This document shows, one piece after another, positions 1 to 7,583 of a stretch of DNA of 62,562 nt. The notes below the pieces were generated by a model. That model was not told where the DNA came from and did not search any database. It saw only the letters and a list, made by a program, of their open reading frames with translations. The translations under genes and the position numbers were made by a program. How positions within the stretch are numbered: the stretch's first letter is position 1; each line of letters starts with the position of its first letter. Source of the DNA: a virus (Duplodnaviria; Caudoviricetes); the IMG/VR virus record IMGVR_UViG_3300032260_000001, positions 1 to 62,562 of that record; one strand, written 5' to 3'.

Positions 1-127
1 GTAATAGTGAACTGAGTTTCCGGCATAGTGTCGGTTTCAGTTAGCGTTGTGCCTTGCGTTTCAACGTCGGAATAAATATTCCATTGGAACGCATCACCAA
101 CGTGTAGACCTTTGTTTGTAAAATCAT
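1..127. repeat. 127-bp terminal direct repeat (circular assembly overlap), copy 1
   Basis: Identical to 62436-62562; lies inside the capsid ORF. Confidence 0.97.
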
Positions 128-251
128 CCGCATCACAATGCTGAATGAACCGTGTCATAGGCTGAAGTGCATTACGAAGAACCGTTGAAAGCTCTCCTGA
201 ATACATAAACCCACCTTGTGCATTGACTTCCCATACTTGACCTGTGGCCAT
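1..251 (-). CDS. Major capsid protein, 5' part (continues across the circular junction)
   Basis: ATG at 251 with AAGGAG RBS; MATGQVWEVNAQGGFMYSGELS... reads in frame into 62435-61736, 316 aa total; follows scaffold. Confidence 0.88.
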   Translation of the reverse strand, partial: MATGQVWEVNAQGGFMYSGELSTVLRNALQPMTRFIQHCDADDFTNKGLHVGDAFQWNIYSDVETQGTTLTETDTMPETQFTI

Positions 252-263
252 AGGAGTCTCCTT

Positions 264-1256
264 TTATATTCCTTGTCCTCGTGCTGCGCGTAACTTAGCG
301 ACATACTCAGACGGGGTATCTGCTTTTGGCGTTGGCTTTGGTTTTGACCTGGCCGTCGCCGCCTTTGGAGTATTCAAGGCTCGTTTCGATTCGCGTTTTT
401 CATCAAGGGTGGATGACTGCAATTTGCCGGACCATTCCATAACAGAATCACCGGCCTCTTTCATTACCTGCTCTAAGGGTTTATTTGGGTCTTCGTCACG
501 AATTTCTTTCGCTTTCATCCGTGCCAATTCATACAAATTTTTATCTTCAACAACCTCTTTATATTCAGTTTCAAATCGAGTATTGATATCAACGATCTGT
601 TGCTCATGTTGTTTGGCAAGTAACAATTCTTCTGCGCGGGCAGCCGCTTTGTTGATTAAGTCTTCTGGATTAATTTCAGGGATAGCTTTCGCGTCGGTTG
701 TAATCAAATCTAGAATGGTTTGGTCCGCCACTTCGTCATCGCCCTCAAACATCGCTTCACGATATTTTCGAGCTTTTTCTAACTGATCGCCTGTCGGTAG
801 ATCATTCTTCGGAACGTCCTTAACGGATAGTTCGTCAATCTTTTTCTGCATCGCCTCAAGCTGCTTCGCTTGTAGGTCGAGTGCAGTTCTGTCTTGCTGC
901 AATTGTTTACGGTCAGCAGTAAGCGCTTTAAATCCTTCTTCGGTGGCTATGCGTTTTTGGTACACATCAACGCCACCGGCATCATCTACTTTGTCTTTTG
1001 ATACACGACGGGTATCGCCGTTGATTTTGATTTCAACGGTATCCTCGATCGGAACCTGTTTTTTATTGCCGTCTACACGTATTTCTACGGTTTCGCCGCT
1101 AGGTTCTTCTTTAACGTCTTCCTTAGGCTCTTCTGTAGGCTTGTCGCCATACTCACGCTTAGCGTAGGCTTCGGCGATTTCTAATCTAGGATCTTTTGGT
1201 TTTTCCTGAGCTTCTTCTTTGAATTCAGGATCAACTTCATATTCTTCTTCTTTCAT
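264..1256 (-). CDS. Capsid scaffolding protein
   Basis: Acidic, coiled-coil 330 aa between portal and capsid genes; basic C-terminal helix. Confidence 0.7.
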   Translation of the reverse strand: MKEEEYEVDPEFKEEAQEKPKDPRLEIAEAYAKREYGDKPTEEPKEDVKEEPSGETVEIRVDGNKKQVPIEDTVEIKINGDTRRVSKDKVDDAGGVDVYQKRIATEEGFKALTADRKQLQQDRTALDLQAKQLEAMQKKIDELSVKDVPKNDLPTGDQLEKARKYREAMFEGDDEVADQTILDLITTDAKAIPEINPEDLINKAAARAEELLLAKQHEQQIVDINTRFETEYKEVVEDKNLYELARMKAKEIRDEDPNKPLEQVMKEAGDSVMEWSGKLQSSTLDEKRESKRALNTPKAATARSKPKPTPKADTPSEYVAKLRAARGQGI

Positions 1257-1270
1257 TATTTCCTCGTCGT

Positions 1271-1567
1271 CTATTCGATGGACTCTAAATAACTCTCTGC
1301 AACTTTCCCTGAATCAATCGCATCGTTGATCCATTTCCCCACTAGTTCCCTAACTTTTATTTCATTCCGTAATTCCCGGTTTTTCTTCACATCCTCTGGA
1401 TCTGCTTCAACCAGAAGATCAACAAATTCATTAATTTCATCTTGAGCCTTATCCACAAGATGACGACCTAATGCAGAGTGCAAAAAATGCTCTGCTTCTA
1501 TGCCAAGCTTGGCCTGTCTTAAGGTGTCGTCATCAGATTCCATAATTGCCCTCTGAGCCGAATTCAC
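1271..1567 (-). CDS. Small head-morphogenesis protein downstream of portal
   Basis: Helical acidic ~90-98 aa ORF between portal and scaffold. Confidence 0.6.
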   Translation of the reverse strand: MNSAQRAIMESDDDTLRQAKLGIEAEHFLHSALGRHLVDKAQDEINEFVDLLVEADPEDVKKNRELRNEIKVRELVGKWINDAIDSGKVAESYLESIE

Positions 1568-3650
1568 GTTTCAACGCCACTTCATTAGCCGCTTTTTCTT
1601 TGTCTGACCGAATCTTCATCGCCTGGCCACCCAGTTGGGCTTTGATCTGTTCGATGGACATCTTTTCCTCTTTAGCCATTTGCAGAATGGCAACCTGTAA
1701 CTCAGCATCGGCGGTAGCGGATTTAACCGCCCGATCTTCAGCGGCGTTTTGAGATTTGATGTCTTGTATCGCCATCGCGTTTTCTTGACGCATCTGTTCA
1801 AGCTGCATGTTCGATTCAGCTTTAAACTGTTCAAGTTCCATTCGCGGATCGACTTGAGGCTGTACCTCTTTGTCTTCAGGAAAAAATCGTTCAACACCCC
1901 TAAAACCTAGTGCGCCGAAAACCTCCGTAACAACCTCACTCTCTTCCAATCGCCCAGCTAAGGCCGGGGCAAACTGCAGAACAGTGTTAAGGCCCAAAGC
2001 CAATTTGTTGACCTTCTCAACAGGATTCGTAGAACCAAACCCGACATTAACTCTCACCAACATGTCGCCTTGAATCATCCGGTCATCAATTTGTGAAACA
2101 CCAAAACGCTTCCACATCTGGACCTTTTCACCCATCAACGATAAAAGCGCTTCGTCGGTTTCATACATCTGCTCTAACTTAACGAGTTGTTTTAGCGTCG
2201 GAACAACCCACGTTTCTGCGAACATACGTAACTGGTATTCGGTGATCTGATTAGCGCCTTCAGACATCATGTTCATGCCACCCACCGTCTCATTCAGTTG
2301 ACGGCTAGAACCCACGCTAGAGGTAGAGAACGAACCCGCAAGCTCGTCATAATCCATGTTGATTCGGTCTTGTTCTTGATACGAAGAGGCAGTAACGTCG
2401 GGTGGGGCTTCTGATCGCAAATCCATATTTACATCATCCATCTCAACAACTGAGCCGGGGATGTTATTGATCAAAGCTTTCGTGTTAATCCGCGCACCCT
2501 TACGTTTGTAATAGCGACGGTTTAAAACTAAGGCAACGTTATCTTTTCTCAGATTATTAAGATCATTCGCGTCTTTCTGTAGATCAGAGGTCAAACCCGC
2601 TAATGATGCTGGGTAGACTTTGTGGGGTTCCAGAATAGAATTCCCCATCGTATAGGGGCGTTCACCTGGTTTTAAATGAGGGTAAACCTGCTGCAAGGGA
2701 ACAGGCACTGACAGCATGTGATAAACACCTAACGTGTAAAACATCCAATCAATACCGTCTTTCTTAATAATGTTGCGATGAACCCAAACCGTATCAAAAT
2801 CTTGATTCAGGTAATCTAGATCCTCTGAATCTTCACGGCCATGCTCTCGCTGTGCCCGCACGGGATCATAATCGTCGGTTCGGGCCTGGTTTAAATTCTC
2901 TTCATCAACCAACAACCAAGGAACCTGTCCCTTACCCTTCTGTTCTGCGCGTTGGCGTACCTCACCAATTGTCATGGAGATTTTGTCGATGATATAAGGT
3001 GACGTGTTAATGGGATCGGTCCAGTCTGAAGACGCCGAAAACAGCACGTTTTCAATCGGACGTAAATCAATCCAAGGGCGGTCTCGAATAACCGTTACAT
3101 TGTCGCGGTATGACTGCTCACCCTCTTCCGTTAACGTCGGGGTGCCATCCTCTTCGAACATCGGTTCAGGCTCTACAAGCTCCTCATAGTCCCAGTAGTT
3201 ATGGGAAATACAAACACCACTGTTAAGTGTGTCTTGATAAGCGCCTAAACAAACCTGAAACCACGGGATGGTATTTTCTAAGCGATAATTGATAAGCTCG
3301 TTATTGATTTCCGCAGAGACTTTCTGTACCAAATCTTGAGGGCGTTCAGCCTCAACATTGACAACATCTTGTGTAGAAAAGAACGAAATCGCCGCCGCTG
3401 CTTCGTTTTTACGAATAACAGAACGTGTTTTAGGTCTAAAACCTTTTGCACGATGACGATAACTATCCGAGAAATACTTAGAGCCAGGGGCATGACGACC
3501 GTCAAAATGGGCTTGATTAGACTCCACCTTTGCCCTAATCGACGAATCGAAATAGTCAAAAGACGTGCGATAAGCATCACGCGACATGGCCAGCCAATCA
3601 TCTAAGCCGGTGCCATACTCCTCGGTGGGTGCTTCAGCCGTATTAAGCAT
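1533..3650 (-). CDS. Portal protein (podovirus/P22-like)
   Basis: 705 aa, downstream of terL, C-terminal coiled coil, NETVGGM motif typical of these portals. Confidence 0.85.
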   Translation of the reverse strand: MLNTAEAPTEEYGTGLDDWLAMSRDAYRTSFDYFDSSIRAKVESNQAHFDGRHAPGSKYFSDSYRHRAKGFRPKTRSVIRKNEAAAAISFFSTQDVVNVEAERPQDLVQKVSAEINNELINYRLENTIPWFQVCLGAYQDTLNSGVCISHNYWDYEELVEPEPMFEEDGTPTLTEEGEQSYRDNVTVIRDRPWIDLRPIENVLFSASSDWTDPINTSPYIIDKISMTIGEVRQRAEQKGKGQVPWLLVDEENLNQARTDDYDPVRAQREHGREDSEDLDYLNQDFDTVWVHRNIIKKDGIDWMFYTLGVYHMLSVPVPLQQVYPHLKPGERPYTMGNSILEPHKVYPASLAGLTSDLQKDANDLNNLRKDNVALVLNRRYYKRKGARINTKALINNIPGSVVEMDDVNMDLRSEAPPDVTASSYQEQDRINMDYDELAGSFSTSSVGSSRQLNETVGGMNMMSEGANQITEYQLRMFAETWVVPTLKQLVKLEQMYETDEALLSLMGEKVQMWKRFGVSQIDDRMIQGDMLVRVNVGFGSTNPVEKVNKLALGLNTVLQFAPALAGRLEESEVVTEVFGALGFRGVERFFPEDKEVQPQVDPRMELEQFKAESNMQLEQMRQENAMAIQDIKSQNAAEDRAVKSATADAELQVAILQMAKEEKMSIEQIKAQLGGQAMKIRSDKEKAANEVALKREFGSEGNYGI

Positions 3651-3975
3651 CGTGGAGTAATTCTCCCGACGCTTTTCTAACGGTATCCCTTAACGCTTCT
3701 TCTAAGGTGAGCGTGCGGCCTCGTGAGACACGGTGGCGCTCTAACAGCTCGCCTCCAGCCCTAACAACCGACTTCATCTCAGGGTCTATCTTTGAGGTAT
3801 GCAAAACAAACCCCATACGACCAGACAAGAGAAAATTCGAGACCTGAACGATCCCGCCAACCTCATCAACGTTGATAAGCCAGAACTGAGAGACCGCAGG
3901 ATAGTGCTTGTCCAGGGTGGACATGATATTTCGGGCGAGTGTCTGACTGGCTGCTTTCACGCCACACACCCGCAA
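3643..3975 (-). CDS. Hypothetical protein upstream of portal
   Basis: ORF overlapping portal start; start codon uncertain. Confidence 0.6.
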   Translation of the reverse strand: MRVCGVKAASQTLARNIMSTLDKHYPAVSQFWLINVDEVGGIVQVSNFLLSGRMGFVLHTSKIDPEMKSVVRAGGELLERHRVSRGRTLTLEEALRDTVRKASGELLHDA

Positions 3976-4144
3976 AAAGCCCCACTAAAGTATAGCGAGG
4001 ATAGACTAGTTCGTTCCATACCGTCTCCCGACGTGAGGTAAAACTAATTAAAGTATAGTTCTTATGTACTTACATAATCAAGTAAAAATCAAGTATTAAT
4101 CAAGTGACTTCCCATTCTGTGCAAATTTTCAGCATATTCCTCTG

Positions 4145-4318
4145 CTAGATTTCACCTAGATCATCAATCAAATCAGCTATCGCTCTAAGTGCTTCCGGCG
4201 TGTATGTTCCGTCAAGAGATATGTTCCCGCTACCAAGCCCGTCGTACCAAGAGTCCATTTTTTGATTCTCGTTGTCACGAATTTGTTTCATTTTTTCTTT
4301 TGCGTCATCTTTGGTCAT
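4145..4318 (-). CDS. Small hypothetical protein (57 aa)
   Basis: MTKDDAKEKMKQ...; GGAG RBS; below ORF-track cutoff. Confidence 0.55.
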   Translation of the reverse strand: MTKDDAKEKMKQIRDNENQKMDSWYDGLGSGNISLDGTYTPEALRAIADLIDDLGEI

Positions 4319-4321
4319 TTC

Positions 4322-4579
4322 TTACTCCGTGACCTTAAGGTCCGATATTTTACTTATGCAACAGGCAGGTATATGAATAATTCCACACGCCTGAATATTA
4401 CTCTTGCTTTTTACGTCCCCCATATTTTGGGCTAGTGCTTTTACTTTTTTGCCATCATGCACAAGAAATCCAACTGAAATACATTTTATTGAGCTTTTCT
4501 TTACGTACTCGCTAAGATGCACCCAATCAGGTGTCGGCCTTGCGCTGTCAACCCATTCGATCATTACTAATTTAGCCAT
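4322..4579 (-). CDS. Hypothetical protein (IEWxDS...C.SVG.L phage family)
   Basis: ORF with AGGTG RBS in a co-oriented small-gene run. Confidence 0.65.
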   Translation of the reverse strand: MAKLVMIEWVDSARPTPDWVHLSEYVKKSSIKCISVGFLVHDGKKVKALAQNMGDVKSKSNIQACGIIHIPACCISKISDLKVTE

Positions 4580-4611
4580 AATTTCACCTGCCCTTCTCCG
4601 TAGTTAGATCG

Positions 4612-4857
4612 CTATTGACTGTAGTCGCGAGACTTACCACAAATCAGGTTTGAGCTTACACTGCTTATGGCATTAGTATCATCCTCGTAAAAGCCAATAT
4701 CCGATACAGGGCAGTCATCACAATATGTTTTTCCACAGGGGATATCAGCAAGCCTAACTATTATTTTTCTTGCATCTTCAAGCGCTTCGTTTCTTTCCTG
4801 TAATAGCCTAACGGGAGTAAGGGCGTCATATTCTTCTTGGCTTAGTAAATATTCCAT
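4612..4857 (-). CDS. Hypothetical Cys-containing protein
   Basis: GGAG RBS; CxxC motif. Confidence 0.6.
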   Translation of the reverse strand: MEYLLSQEEYDALTPVRLLQERNEALEDARKIIVRLADIPCGKTYCDDCPVSDIGFYEDDTNAISSVSSNLICGKSRDYSQ

Positions 4858-4880
4858 TTTGTTGCTCCGTAGTTAGATTG

Positions 4881-5099
4881 CTATTCACCTCTATTATCAA
4901 GTGACTTCGCCGCCGCTGCAAATATTTCAGCATATCCCTCTAACTGATCCTTTAAATCAGCCGCAGAATTACCCTTTATTTCTGTTAAGTGGTGGAGCCC
5001 TACATGGAGGGTGGCCGCGTCTCCATGAATCTTTACTTCAGGCCTTTCTTCCTCAACCCAATCGAACATTGTGAAAGCGGTGAATTGATCAACAGCCAC
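4881..5099 (-). CDS. Hypothetical protein
   Basis: ORF track; co-oriented. Confidence 0.55.
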   Translation of the reverse strand: MAVDQFTAFTMFDWVEEERPEVKIHGDAATLHVGLHHLTEIKGNSAADLKDQLEGYAEIFAAAAKSLDNRGE

Positions 5100-5251
5100 T
5101 AGTTATAAATCCCCGCATCCTGGGTACGACGCTTAAAAATCCGACCGTTAGAAAAACGATATTCATTTGTAGCCCGATATCGTGTAGGATCGAGTTTATC
5201 GACTTCAGCTTTCCAACTGATTTTTCGTGTTCTTACTTTAGTATTAGCCAT
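5099..5251 (-). CDS. Small basic hypothetical protein (50 aa)
   Basis: MANTKVRTRKISWK...YRFSNGRIF; AGGTG RBS; abuts neighbours. Confidence 0.55.
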   Translation of the reverse strand: MANTKVRTRKISWKAEVDKLDPTRYRATNEYRFSNGRIFKRRTQDAGIYN

Positions 5252-5254
5252 TTA

Positions 5255-5458
5255 TCACCTGTACGCTTCAATTGCTTTAACTATGAATTCCAATATTGCC
5301 CGTTGCTTTTCAAGGTTTGGGTCACCTCTCGTAGCACCCGATGCAAACACTAGATCTACTTCCATGCCTCCCTCACCACAAGTCAGCACCACAGCACCAT
5401 CACGGAATTCGTCTATGGTATAGTTCAATTCTTGGACTTCTTTTTTTGTGTCCTCCAT
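5255..5458 (-). CDS. Hypothetical protein
   Basis: GAGG RBS; ORF track. Confidence 0.55.
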   Translation of the reverse strand: MEDTKKEVQELNYTIDEFRDGAVVLTCGEGGMEVDLVFASGATRGDPNLEKQRAILEFIVKAIEAYR

Positions 5459-5647
5459 GGTAATAAGACCTCATTTAACTATGATTGAAATTATTCTGTG
5501 CTGGATTGTGTTTTTCTTGGTCGTTTGGTTCTGGGCTTGAAAAATAAATCAATAGGTATAAACTAAACTCTCTCACACCGGGTATGTAATCTATGTATCC
5601 GACTAAAAGGCCGACTCAAGTAATTGGGTTGGCTTTTTTATTAACAC

Positions 5648-5722
5648 GTCTCAGTAGCTCAACTGGTAGAGCGACGGTCTCCAAAACCGTATATCGGGGT
5701 TCGATTCCCTGCTGGTCCGCCA
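5648..5722 (+). tRNA. tRNA-Trp(CCA), acceptor stem with two mismatches
   Basis: D arm GCTC/GAGC, anticodon ACGGT-CTCCAAA-ACCGT, TTCGATT loop, encoded CCA. Confidence 0.75.
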
Positions 5723-5727
5723 TCTAT

Positions 5728-5803
5728 AGCGACGTGGCCGAGTGATTTAGGCAACGGTCTTTGACGCCGTTCTACGCTGGTTTGAATCCAGCCGTCGCTA
5801 CCA
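5728..5803 (+). tRNA. tRNA-Gln(TTG), atypical T loop
   Basis: Acceptor AGCGACG/CGTCGCT, loop CTTTGAC, T loop TTTGAAT, encoded CCA. Confidence 0.75.
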
Positions 5804-6002
5804 TCTTGACTAGATTTCACCCCACTCAACCCCAGTAAATACAACGGATCTAGCCGATCAGCGACTAGGATGGTGACTAGCATTAAAGCAACCACTCACC
5901 CGAAATTGACCAATAAATCTCCAGGCAGACCATGGTCAAGATAAAGCCTAGAATGCAGCCTGTGATGAATGAGGGGAGACTGATATTTATCATGCGAATA
6001 AT

Positions 6003-6038
6003 AAAAAGCCCCCACCACTGTATCCAAGCGGTGAGGGC
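6003..6038 (-). terminator. Intrinsic terminator closing the ncRNA downstream of 6386-7138
   Basis: GCCCTCACCGCT/AGTGGTGGGGGC hairpin followed by TTTTT. Confidence 0.75.
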
Positions 6039-6042
6039 CGGT

Positions 6043-6124
6043 CTGTTTTAATTGGAACTGGGATCGAACCAGCTACCTATCGATTAAAATTCGATTGCTC
6101 TGCCAAATGAGCTATCCTAAACAG
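6043..6124 (-). ncRNA. tRNA-Lys(TTT)-like domain without CCA
   Basis: Intact D, anticodon (ATCGA-ATTTTAA-TCGAT) and T arms; broken acceptor stem extended by CTGTTT/AAACAG. Confidence 0.7.
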
Positions 6125-6149
6125 TTGACTAGTTTCTAATGTTTGGCCA

Positions 6150-6275
6150 TTTTTGCGTTAAAATCCGTTAAGCTGTTCTGAGCCACTGAACTACCACCCA
6201 CCAATGAATACTTATAAAATACTCATTGGATGGGCGGACGGGATTCGAACCCGTGTCGGCTTAAATTTGCAAAAA
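6150..6275 (-). ncRNA. Circularly permuted tRNA-like domain
   Basis: 3' half (TTAAGC-CGAC-T arm-CCGCCCA-T-CCA) precedes 5' half (TGGGTGG-TA-D arm-GCTTAA); all stems pair. Confidence 0.8.
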
Positions 6276-6385
6276 CCCCTGTTTCTAAACCATATGTCAA
6301 AGCTGTCGTAGCGAAACACTAAGTCTAATATCTATCCTGGTAGCAGCGCCGAGATAGATTAACAACAATACTAACGATAAACTTA

Positions 6386-7138
6386 CTACGAACCTTTATT
6401 AATATATTCCAAAATGCGGTGACAAGCAGGAGCGGTATCAACATCTATATTATTCGCTCTCATCCGCGCCTGTTTAACAGCTGCCAAAACGTCATCAAGA
6501 CGTTTAAGTCGATTAGCCTTTTCGATAGGAGCTACCATCCCAGACTTAGAAATAGTGGTATATTTACCCACATTAACCTCCGTCTGGAGTTGAGCAACTT
6601 GTGCCGGATGCTCTTTGGTGGCTTCGTGAGCAACCCTAAATTCAATATCCTTTTTTGTCTTGAAGCTGGTTACCGCATTATACGCCACATAAACGCCTTC
6701 TCGTTCATTTTCATCAGCAACCCATTTTATACCAGGAGCTAGCGTAGGAATGGCGTCGTAGATAGAACGCAATTCAATAAGTTTCTTTTCCAACCCGAGC
6801 AAGAATGTGGCTGGTGCAGCAGATAATATTTTTTTGCCCCCAACGATTAAATCAGCAACGGCATTTTGATTGCCTTTTTCTTTGGCGAAAACAACATCCA
6901 GCCATCCCGATATAGGGCCTTGAAGGTAATCCAAGTTTTCATTAACGGTTGTGGTAAGCTCCTGATTCTCTACCGTCTCAAGATGCTTGTCGTCCTCCTT
7001 GATCATTTCGAGTCGACGTGTCTGGCCTTTAAACAAGGTGTCTTTGTTTAGTGTAACCAACGACTCCTTAATCAACTTTTTAGCCGCTTTTTCTTTGGTC
7101 CCTTCTACAGCCAAAATTTCATGTAATTTTGTGGCCAT
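6386..7138 (-). CDS. Conserved uncharacterised helical protein (ATKEHPAQV motif) upstream of a tRNA-like ncRNA
   Basis: 250 aa; KLHEILAVE, PATFLLGLEKKL, AVKQARMRAN resemble a widespread unknown-function family; GAGAG RBS. Confidence 0.8.
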   Translation of the reverse strand: MATKLHEILAVEGTKEKAAKKLIKESLVTLNKDTLFKGQTRRLEMIKEDDKHLETVENQELTTTVNENLDYLQGPISGWLDVVFAKEKGNQNAVADLIVGGKKILSAAPATFLLGLEKKLIELRSIYDAIPTLAPGIKWVADENEREGVYVAYNAVTSFKTKKDIEFRVAHEATKEHPAQVAQLQTEVNVGKYTTISKSGMVAPIEKANRLKRLDDVLAAVKQARMRANNIDVDTAPACHRILEYINKGS

Positions 7139-7307
7139 TACTTTTATTCTCTCTATATTGTTTCGCCGCCTTATTTAGAGATTCTTCAAACAACTCGTAA
7201 TGATCTCTATGCCAATTAATAAGCGTCGCAACGGAACGCCCGTCCAAATCACTAAAATGGTTGAGGCCTTTTAGACCCGCAAACTTACAGTGTTCGTGCG
7301 GTTTCAT
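7119..7307 (-). CDS. Small hypothetical protein, possibly DNA-binding
   Basis: 62 aa, overlaps start of the 250-aa gene, follows a promoter. Confidence 0.5.
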   Translation of the reverse strand: MKPHEHCKFAGLKGLNHFSDLDGRSVATLINWHRDHYELFEESLNKAAKQYRENKSNGHKIT

Positions 7308-7333
7308 TCTTCGTCTCAGCTTATTATTAACTA

Positions 7334-7361
7334 GTTATATAACAATTTTGTACTTTTACAA
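7334..7361 (-). promoter_or_regulatory. Sigma70-like promoter for the 7307-6000 unit
   Basis: TTGTAA-16 bp-TATAAC with upstream A-tract. Confidence 0.55.
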
Positions 7362-7379
7362 GTTTTTTTTAGTTTTTTA

Positions 7380-7583
7380 TTACCTCAGTGGATTCCCCAT
7401 CAAATTATTGTCTCTCAAAAACTTCATCGCCTGCCGATCCACCTGGCGTTCTAAAAGCATCCTTCTCATTAAGATGGATAGGTTGTCTATAATGACCTCC
7501 TGCTTGGCAATTGTTCCTGCGGCGATTTTAAGTAACTGAGATGGGTCTTCGTCGTCATTAATTTCTATAACTTTAGTCATCAA
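7380..7583 (-). CDS. Hypothetical protein
   Basis: Overlaps terL stop; GGAGG RBS. Confidence 0.6.
   Translation of the reverse strand: MMTKVIEINDDEDPSQLLKIAAGTIAKQEVIIDNLSILMRRMLLERQVDRQAMKFLRDNNLMGNPLR

Noticed and set aside
1-127. Biological direct terminal repeat
   Set aside because: It falls mid-capsid gene and 127 equals a common assembler k-mer, so it is more likely an assembly overlap.
5659-5895. 78-aa minus-strand ORF
   Set aside because: Antisense shadow of the two tRNA genes.
6150-6275. Two-piece permuted tmRNA
   Set aside because: It has a full D arm, G3:C70 and T73 rather than the Ala identity G3:U70/A73, and no tag reading frame was recognised downstream.
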